Below, piece by piece: positions 26,988 through 40,472 of a stretch of 64,000 bases of DNA; position 1 is the first letter of the stretch, and each line of letters begins with the position of its first letter. The DNA is from Azolla caroliniana (Eukaryota; Plantae; Polypodiophyta). A program made the position numbers and the translations under genes. The stretch spans positions 20,708,001 through 20,772,000 of the forward strand of contig JBHGNT010000010.1 in the NCBI GenBank assembly GCA_043228905.1, read 5' to 3'. The notes below the pieces were generated by a model, which made no database searches, was not told the origin of the DNA, and saw nothing but the letters and a program-made list of their open reading frames with translations.

Positions 26988-27491
26988 CAACTTTTTAGGT
27001 TGTATTCTATAACAGGTTCAATAGAAGACTTGTATGGTTCTTCATTGTAACATTGTAGCTTTCTTTATCAATCACATTTGTAACTACAATATATTGAAGT
27101 GTTCATGTCCACGATTGGGAGGGGAAATGTATGTCTCCTTCTAACCCCTTGTCACCAATGAATATACAAGAGAGGCCACATTGATTTATCCATGTGATTT
27201 GCTCCTTACTCACACCATTTGTTTTAGGACCACCACGAATCAACTTTTTAGGTTGTATTCTATAACAGGTTCAATAGAAGACTTGTATGGTTCTTCATTG
27301 TAACATTGTAGCTTTCTTTATCAATCACATTTGTAACTACAATATATTGAAGTGTTCATGTCCACGATCGGGAGGGGAAATGTATGTCTCCTTCTAACCC
27401 CTTGTCACCAATGAATATACAAGAGAGGCCGCATTGATTTATCCATGTGATTTGCTCCTTACACCATTTGTTTTAGGACCACCACGAATCA
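26988..27491. repeat. Near-perfect ~253-bp tandem duplication
   Basis: CAACTTTTTAGGTTGTATTCTATAACAGG... starts at 26988 and 27241; the copies differ by a few substitutions and a 4-bp indel. Confidence 0.95.
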
Positions 27492-28334
27492 CCATAGGCC
27501 ATCTAAAGTTAATGTCCATAAATGAAGTATATGTGATGCAATACAATAACTTGACAAATCTCTATATGATATTTGACATGCATTAGGTACATGAATTGTT
27601 TTGCACTTCACGATGTTAATGCAAATATAACTGAAGAAAGATTCTTTACTACTTCCAATCTAAACCTCAATAAGTTTACTATTTTTGTTAGATATTTCCC
27701 TTTTTGGTTTTAGGTGCAATGAACCCAAACTTCATCTTGCCCCCCAATATGAATATACACCTTAACTTTCATCCTTAGCCATGATTCTCTTTTTTCTTAC
27801 CATCATGAATCGTGAATGTTTAACTCTATCCACTTTTTGGATAGATCATAGAACAATGTCCATACTTCTAAGTTGTAGCCTTTCGACGTCTTAAATACAA
27901 AAATCTCATCCACACATTTTGACCTTATAAAAAGTAGCTAAGTAGCAAATGAAGCAAATGAAGCAAATTTCACTTAATTTGTTGCATGCTAGAATTAGGG
28001 CACATACATTGCATGTTTTACACTTTCACATCTCAAAAGTAGTTTCTATGTTCGTTTTTATCCCTCAAACTACAAGACACATGCTAGTCGTGGCCCCCAT
28101 GCAAGTGGGGCCCGCTTTAACACTGAACATTGTTGATGTATTATCAATGTCTTTAAGGGGCAAAGCGAGCAAAGAAAGGTGATATAAACATTACTAATGT
28201 TTGTACTAGGCTTTTGTTGATGAATTTCGTGTCATGTACAGTCCAATGCACCACATGTATGGATTGGTCACACATAAAGCTCTCAATATCACTCTAACTA
28301 GATGACATGATTGGCCGTAATGCCATAACAAAAT

Positions 28335-28337
<3 letters not shown>

Positions 28338-28365
<28 letters not shown>

Positions 28366-28440
28366 CTCGATGGATAAATGATAGATAGTTTTTTAACATC
28401 CATTGGAGACCAATTACAATCTATAAGATGGGGCCTAACT

Positions 28441-28490
<50 letters not shown>

Positions 28491-28654
28491 ATATTCAGGT
28501 TTTTTAGTAGCATTACAGTCTACAGAACGTCCCTCTCCCTACATAGTCATATTATAGGTAGAGGAGACTAAGAAGTATTGTAACTAAGTGGATTTTACAT
28601 ACAATTAATATAATTGTGTGCTTTTACATACAATTAATATAATTGTGTGCTTTT

Positions 28655-28719
<65 letters not shown>

Positions 28720-28891
28720 GTTATCATAACGAAGAGATTAGTAGTTATCTTAATGAAGAGATTAGCAGTTATCGTAAATGGTTATCTTAATGAAGAGATT
28801 AGTAGTGTTGTCAGTAGTGTGAATAATACAAAGGTGCGGTTGTTTGTTGTTTCCAGTACATTTTAACAAATTATGAGAATTGCCCCTCCCC

Positions 28892-28923
<32 letters not shown>
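28338..28923. repeat. Microsatellite and short-duplication cluster upstream of the microprotein gene
   Basis: (CA)n ~28338-28364, (AG)n ~28442-28484 and ~28658-28716, TTTTACATACAATTAATATAATTGTGTGC x2, GAAGAGATTAG(T/C)AGT x3, poly-A 28893-28923. Confidence 0.9.
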
Positions 28924-28929
<6 letters not shown>

Positions 28930-29100
28930 CCATGTCTTTTAAGAAAAGCAGTACTAACAGTTTTCTATAATGTCAGAACATGCCCCTCCCCTCTTACCCT
29001 CATTTCTATCTATTATACATTCAATACCCCTGAGATTTTGGCTGCAGGATTCCGAAGAAGAAGAAGAAGAAGAAGAAGAAGAAGCCGCTGAAGCCGAGGT

Positions 29101-31038
29101 ATGTCGGAATTTCGAACCATCGCGCTCTTGTGGTTCTGTGCTATCGGTACTGCCACAGGTTTGTTTTCTTACATCTTCAGAGAGAGAAAGAAAAGAGGGC
29201 TCAGATCATGCATGTTTGGAAGAGAGAGAGAGAGAGAGAGCAGATAATTTATATTTAAAGAAGAGAGAACGTTCAGATAATTTATTTTTGGGAAGGTAAG
29301 GAAACACGGGGGAAAAGTGGATAATTAGGTTTTGGTCTCAGGAAACACGAAGGAAAGTGGGTAGTAGGGTTTAGGGATTAGGAAAGACGAGGTAAAAATG
29401 TGCAGGAAAACCATGGTGGAAAATGGCATTAAGTTTTAGGATTTTGGTGAACTAGTGGGAAAATGGAAATTACTGAGAGTTCAGGGAAAGCATTATTAGT
29501 TGTTTACGGGTTTGAAAAAAGAGGGCATTAGGGCTTACGGATAATAGTAACACGAGGGGAATTGGCCTTTAGGGTTTAAGGTTTACAGGAAAGGAAAATG
29601 GGCACCAGAGTTCAGGGACACATGAGGGCAAATGTGTATTAGGGCCTAGAGAGAGATCATTTATTTTTGTTTTGAAATACTGTTGCACAGGCATTTTGAA
29701 TATTGGAAAGCTATGGAAAGCAGGAAACAATCAAAGTTAATCAATTCAAATCTGGCAATCTTTGAAGTTTTGTGGTTAGATCCAGAGGTTAACTGCAATC
29801 ACCAGAAAATGTGTCTTCTTAGTTTTCAAAATGTGTCGCTTGCATAATCCTTGGTAACTTGTAGCGACCCTCAACAGTATAACTTGTAAGATAATGATAT
29901 TTGAAGAGAACATATCTATTTGAATTTTAGGGCTTCTTCATCAAGGAATGTATGAACGTTTTCCTTATAAAGCCCCAATAGATCCATCCAGATGAGTTGT
30001 TTGTTTGAGACGGAGATAAGCTAACTCTATTGATTTGACTTCAAGATCAAGGGACATTTGGCAAGCTTTTGTAGTGTGGTGGTTTTCTCCTATAGTTCAT
30101 GTATCCCCATTCAACCTGTTTGTAAGATAATGATATTTGAAGAAAACATATCTATTTGAATTTTAGGGCTTCTTCATCAAGGAATGTATGACGTTTTCCT
30201 TATAAAGCCCCAATAGATCCATCCAGATGAGTTGTTTGTTTGAGACGGAGATAAGCTAACTCTATTGATTTGACTTCAAGATCAAGGAACATTTGGCAAG
30301 CTTTTGTAGTGTGGTGGTTTTCTCCTATAGTTCATGTATCCCCATTCAACCTGTTTGTGATTCCACACATCACAATAAGAAACATGATGCAAGTAACTCC
30401 CATTTTGAAGATAACATTCCCTTTGAGCTAGCTAGCGTTCTTATATCATGCATGATCTTATTGAAAATGAATGCTGTGTTTGAAATTATGTGTTTGTGTA
30501 TGTGAGAGAGGCTTGTTTGTGTTTTTTGGGTTTGTTCTGTGTGGTGCTGAAGAGGTGAGATATCTTCCAAATTTTAAGAACAGAAATCAAGGATTTGTCT
30601 CATAAGCTCCACCATTAGATAGTTTTTTTCTTGGTTGAACATCGAAGTCTCTTGATCTCGAGAATAGAGATCTTTTACAGTCTGTCTAATAGCAATCTGT
30701 CATCGATGGAAAAGTATATTCTTGAGGAGGAAACGAAGTAGATAGAGATTTGTTCTAGTTGGAGGTTTTCTCATGGAAGAGGGAGTCGGCGAAGTGTTTC
30801 CTCAGAGATTTGAACCCATAACCTGAAAAAGATCTTGACATATCAAAATGTGATGCTTACACATTATGCTTTGAGCATGTAATGTGTTGTTTAAAATTGA
30901 ACGTCAAGGTTGTTGATGTTGTTTTCAGGTTTTTATTTATTGTCCCAAGAAAGAAGAGCTCAAAGATCAGGGGCATCATTGGAAGAAAGATTAGAACACG
31001 CCGAACGCCAGCAATTATCGGAATCAAGGGAAGAATGA
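29101..31038 (+). CDS. 55-aa single-pass membrane microprotein of unknown function (two coding exons)
   Basis: Exon 29101-29158 (G|GTTTGT donor) plus exon 30929-31038 (TTTTCAG acceptor) join in phase: MSEFRTIALLWFCAIGTATGFYLLSQERRAQRSGASLEERLEHAERQQLSESREE*. The hydrophobic helix spans the junction and is followed by a charged helical tail. Preceded by a (GAA)n leader. Confidence 0.7.
29884..30358. repeat. Near-perfect ~236-bp tandem duplication in the microprotein intron
   Basis: TTGTAAGATAATGATATTTGAAGA... starts at 29884 and 30120. Confidence 0.95.
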
Positions 31039-33833
31039 AGTTACAAAGACCACAATTTTTTCTCAGTGTTAAACTCAAATGACAGAACTGTGGCTTTGTG
31101 AACATTGCTAAGTGTTAACTTAATGTTCCTAGTGACACAATTTCCTCATGGAAATATCTTGTTTTCTTTTTACAATATTATAGACATTGTATGATTAGAG
31201 CACACACAGACATTCAATAAATTATTGGTTTTCTCCTAAAGATTTTATTCATTCTTTCATTGTGAATAATACAAAATTTATTTTTCGACTCTTCCGCATT
31301 TCCCTCTCATGTTTTTCCACATAATGTACACAGATATATAACAGTAATGCAGGATTTTCTCCGATATCCTGATCATAGTTAAAGTAGACAAATGTCTTAT
31401 TTCTCTGAAACTGCAAGGGATAGAGTTGAAAGAGTGTAGATTTCGATGTTGCACTTTCCTTTTGTTTGAAAGTGAAAGGGTATGAAAAACCTTTAATATT
31501 TTCGGTTTTTGGAATAGCTATACTTTTCAGATTTAAGTTTTTTTGAAGTAATATCCTTTTGCCTTTCCAGATAGTTTCTAAATGAATGAGAGAGGCTATC
31601 GAGAACTGAACCTCATGGATCTTGTATACAAGGTGAGTGTGGTAAACAGTTGATCTATTATGGTGTAAGACTGCATTTGTTAAGAAGTTTTTCACCTGGC
31701 AATTAGGTTGGCCACTCAATAATGGCATGGTAAGCGGTGAAGAAGCAACAAACAACCACGTTATTGGTTGATTAGACTCAGTATGTTTATTTTTGTGAAA
31801 ATTGACACATTTGGTGGACTTACTCTTGTGTACCATACACAAATTCTTGTTCATGGTTGATTTTAACACCTTCACGACTTGTTATGTTTCTTGCTGACCA
31901 ATACTTCTGGGCACAATTTCTATCAAATAGGATTGGCCCATGTGAATTGAGAAACTACCATGTTGTGAAAGAAGATAAATACATCGAGAAACGACACAAA
32001 AATTAAATGCATTTTGCGGTTATTGATTCAAATATGAAAATGATCCCACCATGTCCAAACTTTTAAGCTGAATTTCACATCCATGTTGCTCTCGTTTATG
32101 CTTATTGCATGTTCAATTGTCGCATATATTCAATGCGAACATAATTGCCCAACTTGAACTCATGAGTCAGCATTTGGATAGTCTCATATACTAGAGGACA
32201 AGTTCTCAGGCATAATCTAGATGGTTTTATACAATACATTTTACTCCTTTATAATATTTGTTCGGTAAGGATACATACAATCTTGATACCCTTAGAATTG
32301 CTTGTTTTTTAGTATTTGGTATGTTAATATGAATTTTTGAGAGATGCACTAGTTTGGAAATATGTTGAATTAGTGGATATGGTTTAAAATCACACTAATA
32401 ACGTCAACCTTGATTTTATATGAATATTGTGTGAGTAGATGCACTGTGATGTGCAAAATGGTGTCGGTTGGATTTTACATGAAGCTTAGTTCAATACTAC
32501 CTTTTGAACATAGTGAGTTTAAAATTGTAGGCATTTTATGAAGCGGTAGAAGGTGGGAATGTTTGACACAAGAAACTTGTCTCTCAACTGGTATTAATAT
32601 GCTCATCCAGTGTAGATCCCAAAATATCAACATTAGATTGTAGACAATCATTATTGGTTGTATGACTTTATTGTTGTCAAAACTCTTCTTTCATTCTTAG
32701 GACACTCATTGGAGGATCTCACACTTCCAAGCTCACATGGGGGAGTTGAGTCCTTGCCATCCAAAACATTCATAAGACAATGGCAGTCAAGCCTTGAAGA
32801 TTATAGTATTGTAAATTGTTATGTCTTTGGTTTAGGCATCTATGTTAAATCATTATCATGTGAACATTTAAGCTCTAATGCATTATGGTGTTGCATTGTG
32901 CACACATGAAAAGGTATTGTGCGATTGTTATTTTTGCATAGGGAAAATATATAAAACATGTCTCGCATATTAAAGAGTAAGTTATTCAAAACAATTGTCC
33001 TACTATTGAAAATATAATGTAAGCATGATAAGTCTTTAATTCTAATTGTGATTAATTTTTAAATTTTTGTCTCCTTCTGCTTCACCCCTCTACTCACTCC
33101 TTTTGACATTACAAGTTTCTTATTCTATCAATTACACTCAAGTCGTGACTCATATGTTATAAGTTATAACCCAACTTGGTTCTACCGACGCTAGCTAGAA
33201 CAAGTCCTCGTTCAAATGTCATTGCAATTCAAGGCCTATGGTTTAGCTGTCACCATACCCAATGACTCAATTTAAAGGACATGGTCTAGATCCCATATTT
33301 TGACACTCTTCCTGTGTTTGTACCGATCTTCATTTGGTCACTCTCTCTTAACACGTGCATACATGTAGATTCCCTCTTGAAATGGTTTGAACTTTGGTTT
33401 AATAAAAAAACAATTCTTTTTTTTCCCCCCAAAAAAAACTTTTTCCATTAATTATAAAATTTTAGATGAGAGTGTTATATACAAATCCCTGTAGGTACGC
33501 GATACTTCAATCATATGTGGATGCCCACTAACTCAAGAAAGGGAGAGGATGACCATGGTTTGATAAAAAAACAATTCTTGAGGCTATAGCTTAACTATTC
33601 CATTCAATTTAAGTTCCAAAGTCTCGAACCATTTCGATTTGGCTTGGAATGGCCACAATTCAATCTATTTCAATTTCAAATAAAATGGTTTGCTGCTTAA
33701 TTAGCTTGAAAATGTGGTTTTCAACAACTTCATAGTTTATCAAACTTAGAACCGTGGTTTCAACAAGTTAACAATTTATTGACATTTTACTAATATTGAA
33801 TTATTATATGAAGTACAAGCTATAACTTATAAC

Positions 33834-34016
33834 TAGCAATTGGCAAATGGTTTGGTTTGAGCCAAAACCAAACCACAAACGCAACTTAATAACACATTGT
33901 TTTGGCTTGAAATGGTTTAGGATTGACGATCACATAACAAGTTGGTTCCTGTTTGTGTTAGGATTTTTTTTAGCAATTTAGTTTGAGACTTGCAAATAAA
34001 CCATTGTCAATGGCCA
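33834..34016. mobile_element. Highly degenerate relic, probably related to the hAT element at 49925
   Basis: TAGCAATTGGCAAATGGTTTGGTTTGAGCC resembles that element's left end TAGGAATTGGCAATGGTTCGGTTTAGGC. AAACCATTGTCAAT near 34000 resembles the right end. No TSD found. Confidence 0.35.
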
Positions 34017-34663
34017 ATGATCCCCACAATTCCTCTCATATAATAAGCATAGAACGGACCACACAAGATAAAGTTTATTACTGATACATCATAATACATT
34101 GGCAATGTCCTCACACCTTGGGCTCACTTAACTAGAGGAGGTCCATTGGCCTATATCTTGTGGCCCTTTGGCTCTACTTTGATACGATGTTTGCCCTTAA
34201 TCCTCCCATGATGAATTGATAGTGATGAGACCCCTATCACTTCTTAGTTCACATGCCCGTGCTTTTATGTGAGGACACTTCAAAGTTGCTTAAACAATTA
34301 CTAATCTTCTTCCATATGTTCTCTTAATAAGTTTATGCACTAACTTCCATGCACCTTATATATTCCTCATTTTCCTTAAACAATATTGACATGTCATGTC
34401 CCTCTTCATAAATCCCTTAGACTTTGATCCCCTTGTTGCCAGTGGCCACACATTGCGACATGCACAAGTTACAACTCCGAAATCACAATTTCCTCTCTCT
34501 CACTCTCAAAGCATATGTGTCCATGTACCCACATCCACACACTCTTGAGCCCTTAAAATTTGTTACTCCAATTTTCTAGAGGTTTTAAGAGAGAGAATGT
34601 GTGTTTTGTGGTTTCAAATATATTGGGTAGATTTACGATAATAGGGAGAGGGGTGAAGCATGG

Positions 34664-34716
<53 letters not shown>

Positions 34717-36438
34717 CATTAACTATGGTGCAATCATCGTTAAACAACATTACTTGGAGCAATATTAACCACGCTTCTAGATGTGAGAGGATCAATTATT
34801 ATCTTATCTAGCTATTTCCATTTCAATGTTTGGTATGATGATCCTATTTCCCATTGTGTCACATCTACATTATGTGCATTTGATATGACAAGTTTATTGT
34901 TTCTAGGAAGGTTGTCTCTCAACATCATGTATTTAACACATAAATCATTTACGTGCTTTTTCATGAGTGTTTTCTTGTAGTAGGTGCACATTGCACACTC
35001 CATGAACATGTCTCAAATAGGTCACAAATTATATTGTGGGGGCCGGGGGTCTTGCACTTCAAAGTTCACACACATGTTGTGAGACTTAAGGTGATGAATT
35101 CTTAATGCTCCTTCCTTACCTTAATCTCTTCATAATGATCGATTCTCGGTCAATATGGGGTTCTTTCTATATATTGATAATTTGTGATCAATTTGCGTTA
35201 CCTTATTAGTTTATGATCAATATGTATTAGTACTAATGTTAGATTGAGGTTACAGATTCTATTCACATGCAAAATTTGAGACCAATAAGATAAAAAGTAG
35301 CTATATATAGAGTGTAATGGTCTATCCTTAATGCTCATATAGAGGAACAAACCTCTATTTGGGAGAAAGTCTTGAGTTTTTTTTGACGTATTATTTTGAT
35401 TACTAGTAGCGTAATGATAATTTGGATGGGTTAAGATGGTGCCTAAAGATACCACTAGTTACCTCCAAACAACATTAATAAAAAAACCTTGTGTTGATGT
35501 TTTTTTTGAGGTGTGTTTTTGGAGCATATAAGATATAAGCATAGATAGCAGTGTGAAATGTAACAATTTCAAAATATCTAATTTGAGAAAAATACCAATG
35601 TATGTATATAAGTCACCCTAATAAATGTCTTGTCGATGTTCCAAGGGCACCTTTTTGCATAATTGGTTATTGATGAGACTAGTACAACTATGTTTTTCCA
35701 AAAATATGACGGTGATTTAATGTAAAACAAGTTTATCGTAAGTTTGAATCTCGACCAAGGACACGTGTATATATGATCAAAATGATTACATTCACACTCA
35801 TAAAAGGGAAAGAGAAATGTAAGAAAAATAAGTAGACCGCCAACCAAAGTGATTATGGTTCAATCAACGAATAGAACATTAGAGACTGGGACCCCCAAAG
35901 GGTATCAATTTACTTCTTATGAGCTTTGTATATAGAGGGATGGTTTCTATTTGGAACTTGCTTTGGCTTGGAAGTTGGGAGACAACAAACGAGATCATTC
36001 TCAAAGGATTTTATTTCTTATCGCAACTAGTGACTACCATACGAAAAGAGGTAGTCTATGAGGAAGGTGCAAGTGATATCGAATCCAAAGATGGCATAGT
36101 ATATAGTTTTTGATATGGCCAACAAACTTATCACATTTGAACTTGTCATAGATGATGGATAGATGAGTGCCTAAACACAACAAAATCAAGCTTCAGAAAA
36201 TGGAAGCGATTCACAGGAATGTTTGCGAATTCCTTGACCTTCTCTTTTTATTTTCTTTTGTGAGTAGTAGCCCCCATTGTGAACGTAATTGGATAGGATC
36301 CAAGCATATGCTTGGCGCAGATACGCTCTGCGGAGCCCATATTTAGAGAAGCTTTTCATGTGAACCCCAAACCTTGGGACAACAAGAGCCACCATGGTAG
36401 GACCCTTGGGTTAGAAATATCACAAAACGTTGAAGATT

Positions 36439-36473
<35 letters not shown>

Positions 36474-36874
36474 ATGAATGAATGAATGAATGAATGAATG
36501 AATAAGACTAGACAATTTTTTGTGTGTAGAAGCTCCATTTCGGTTTAGAAGCTCCATTTCGAGCTCTTTATTGATGCATATCAGAGATTTTGGTTGTTAC
36601 AAAGTCCTGTTCCTTTAACTTCAAGAGCCCAACCTAACATAAATAAAACAGCACAGAGCAGGGCAGAGGATATATTAAACGAATCAGAGCATCTTTATTT
36701 CTGTCTAACTCGGTATGAAATAGACAGCAAAAACCCACATCGTTTTTCATCCCCAAGGATCGAAATGGCCTTGCTGTTTCTTGATTTCTAGCACAGAAAG
36801 GAAGGAAGGAAGGAAGGAAGGAAAGGCAGGGTGTTGTTGAAATGGGCGATTCCTTGCTGATTTCTTCGCCATTG

Positions 36875-38003
36875 ATGATGGTGAGGAATGTTTTAGGTGT
36901 GAGAGCAAATCCTCCCCCTGACCTTAACAAGAACACAGAGTGGTTTCACTACCCTGGTGTCTGGACATCTTATATTCTTCTTGTTTTCATTGGATGGCTC
37001 ATTGTTTTGTCTCTCTTTGGATGCTCCGCGGGTACTGCTTGGTCAATCGTAAATCTCCTCCACTTTGCGGTGAGTGCTCTAAACAATTATTGTGTTTGTG
37101 TTAATGAAAGGATGCTCATTTGTATCATGAATTTAAGCAGTGAAATTCTTATTGCATCTAGACAAACACTCTGTCGCTTATATCATTGCACAGATCGTGA
37201 AAAATCAAGAAAGAAATTAACGATGAAGCCCATTTGCGTGTTGATAATTGAAAACTTTGTGGGGTAGATCTTTTAAGAAACCTACATAGTTAAAGAATCG
37301 AAATCTGCAACCTCCTGTGCTCATTTCATGGCTTAATTAATGTTGATCGGCCAATTATTCCTTCCAAACATCATGTGCATGATATCATGAATAAAGTTAA
37401 AAACCAATCACAATGTTGATCACCTTAGGATAGCTCATTGTAGAAGATATTAACTTGCCATTCTCTGTCTTTCTTGTTTTATGGCACAATCAGATAACAT
37501 ATTGGTCATTCCATTGGAGAAAGGGAACCCCGTTTGCAGAAGACCAGGGCATATACAACAAACTGACGTGGTGGGAGCAAATGGATAATGGGAGGCAACT
37601 CACACGCAATCGCAAGTTTTTGATGGTTGTTCCAGTAGTCCTGTATGCAGCTAGCTCTCAACTCAAAAACTTCCTTAACTTATTTGTTAATGTTAATTCT
37701 ATTACTTTTCATCTCTCCCGCAAATTTATAATTCCCTGTTATTTTATATGTCTTGAACAGAGAAACTCTTGGCCAAAATTTCCTTACACTGATTTTTTTT
37801 TTCTCAATCCTGCACCATTACATGAAGTTTGATGTGGAATATTGTTTCCTTTGTGCAGGTATTTGATTGCATGCCACACGACAAACTATAACAACCCATG
37901 GCTTGTCCTTAATACACTTGCTGTACTAGTCTTGGTAATTGCCAAATTCCCAAATATGCACAGAGTAAGGATTTTCGGCATTAATGCTGATTATGAAACG
38001 TAA
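36875..38003 (+). CDS. ORM: ORM/ORMDL family protein (negative regulator of serine palmitoyltransferase)
   Basis: Exons 36875-37069 (upstream in-frame ATG at 36842 also possible), 37494-37642 and 37859-38003. Motifs PPPDLNKNTEWFHYPGVW, FHWRKGTPFAEDQGIYNKLTWWEQMDNGRQLTRNRKFL, AKFPNMHRVRIFGIN. Confidence 0.96.
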
Positions 38004-38730
38004 AGCCTTCTTTATTTTATGTATAACTGTTCCAGGGCTTCTAAAATGTATGTGTAGAATGTATCTAGCTTATTTAATGTTTTTGTCCAATTTAGCCAGT
38101 GGTCGTTCTTATTTTAGATTGGATTTCAGAAATTCAATTCATAGGTAGCGAGTGTATATGTTATGTCTACTTATATTACCAGTATGTTGACATGATTCAA
38201 AATACAATGTCAATGTGTGTATACAAAGACAATCACATGATGTGATTTGTAGTGTTTCCATGGTGAAGGAAATACATGAATATAAATATTTGTTTACAAC
38301 AGGATTTGACTTATGTTCACATTCATAAGTTGTGTTATGATCATGTGTTCATTTGATGTATATATATATTGTTACTATGATTCCAACAGTATTATGTTAA
38401 GAGTGCCATGGCAACTGACACTGTAGTCTTCTTCAGCAAATGGTATATGACGGTGGTCATACGTAGCTCCACACATCATCTATCCCTGCCATAGTACACA
38501 TGATATCCATTTTCATCATCAAACTTATCAATAAAAGAATTTGAGCACATAAGTCTTGCAATGGATATCTCTGTAGACTGTTCTATTTGAATAATGATTT
38601 TTTTCATATCAATTAGGTCTGATATCTAAGTCTTGTCTTGTTAAATTGCTTTGCACTGATCGATTAAACCAATTGATAACTCATGATACCTACAGATTGT
38701 TAGAGTTTGCAAGCATTTCATGTTTTTAAC

Positions 38731-40422
38731 TCAATCAAATATTTGATCTTCTGGAGGAGATTCTTCTTCTTTTGTTTCAACGACATCTTTCAAACCTTGG
38801 ACAACTATAAGTGCAAATTCAGTCTCATTGACTATAATTATTTCGTGTGTTGCACTCCTGATTCTAAGCATGTGCAAATCATTTTGATTATCAAGTTCAC
38901 GAAGAGAGCTCCTTGCCATGGTAGTCAAACCCGAAACAAGTGTTGTATATTTTGTGGTAAGATTCTCCTTGAAAAATAAAAGAGAGAAAAAAATGTTACT
39001 ATAGGATTCCCTTGTAAATGCATCTAATTTAAACATGCAACAAAACTGGGAATAATAAAATCTTGTACATTTAATTTTCTTTACTTCATCGTTCCTAATT
39101 CTCCATATTACTGTTGGCTGAATCATGCTACTTATGACTTAAGGAAAGCATAAAATCACTCATGCTATTTATAATGATCTAATATTATAAACTCTTTTGT
39201 ATCATAGATAGGATTATTAAATCTTTTTATTCATGAGACATTCCATGCACGGGAATAAAAAGTATCCACAGATGAGGTTATTCAGTGTTTCGACCAAATT
39301 TAGCTTAGAATTGTAACCTTTTACTAAGGGACAGAAGGGGGTCTCATAAATCCAATACATAAAGTGAAGATCCTTATGAGATTCTCTTGAAGGAAGGAAT
39401 ACATACATCAGGAATTGTTGAATGTAGAACAACACCACTGCTGTCCACAATAATCGTGCCCACTACATTCTGCAAGATTTAAAGTATTCTGTACAAATGA
39501 CTCATAATAATGATATTATTCCTTATCAAGGATTTCATGGCAATGGGGAAGAAGAAAGTAAAGGATATTATTTGGCTGCTTATTAAAGATCGTGTAGCAA
39601 TGGTATCATTATTACCCTTTCAATAAATAAAAAGAAAACTGGTTGGTCACAAAGAGCATACCTTAAGACCATTAATCCTCTGCAATGTTTTTTCTATTTC
39701 GTTCTTTCCTTACATGCAACATAAAGATACACCGTTAGTATTTCTTGTTCCATCTAAGAAGACTTGAATTTATAATTTTTATGATGCTTTTCAACACACT
39801 ATCCATGATGATTTAACATGGTCCAACAAAACTAATTTGTGACAGGAAAGAACAAAATAAAAAACGATTAGAAGAATCTCCTCATGCTCTCTCCTTGAAT
39901 TAGCCTATATAACATAATAGGTTCACATAGAGTTATTGATGTATGTATGTACATAAGATCAAAACAGATTTTGGCATACAAATTTAGGTGGTGAGTGAAC
40001 AAGAGAGATTCAAAGGCTGAAAGATCAGATAATACGATCTTCCAAAAGAAAAACGTTTTTGCATTAATATCCACTTATTTTTTTGTGTTCCATTTCACTG
40101 AGAAACATTCGATAAAAAGTAGCCGATGTCAGATTTGATTTGAGATTACGCACATGAGGAAGGTTTGTAATATAAAACATATCGTAATGGAAAAATAAAC
40201 ATATGACAATACATGTTTAAGTCTTATGCTTTTCTTTAATCGCTACAAAGACTATACATCTGTAAAAAGGGTATGCTTTAAATAAATTACTACAATACAT
40301 ATCTTAAGGACGAAGCATATGAAATGTTGTGATTTGAACATTAATTAGGAGTCAGGACCATACAGCTTTACGTGTTATGCTCTACATTAATCACGACAAA
40401 CTCACTATATCTAATTCACTCA

Positions 40423-40472
<50 letters not shown>

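Noticed and set aside
31249-31875. 208-aa minus-strand ORF
   Set aside because: Non-ATG start, AT-rich intergenic-like composition and no recognisable motif.
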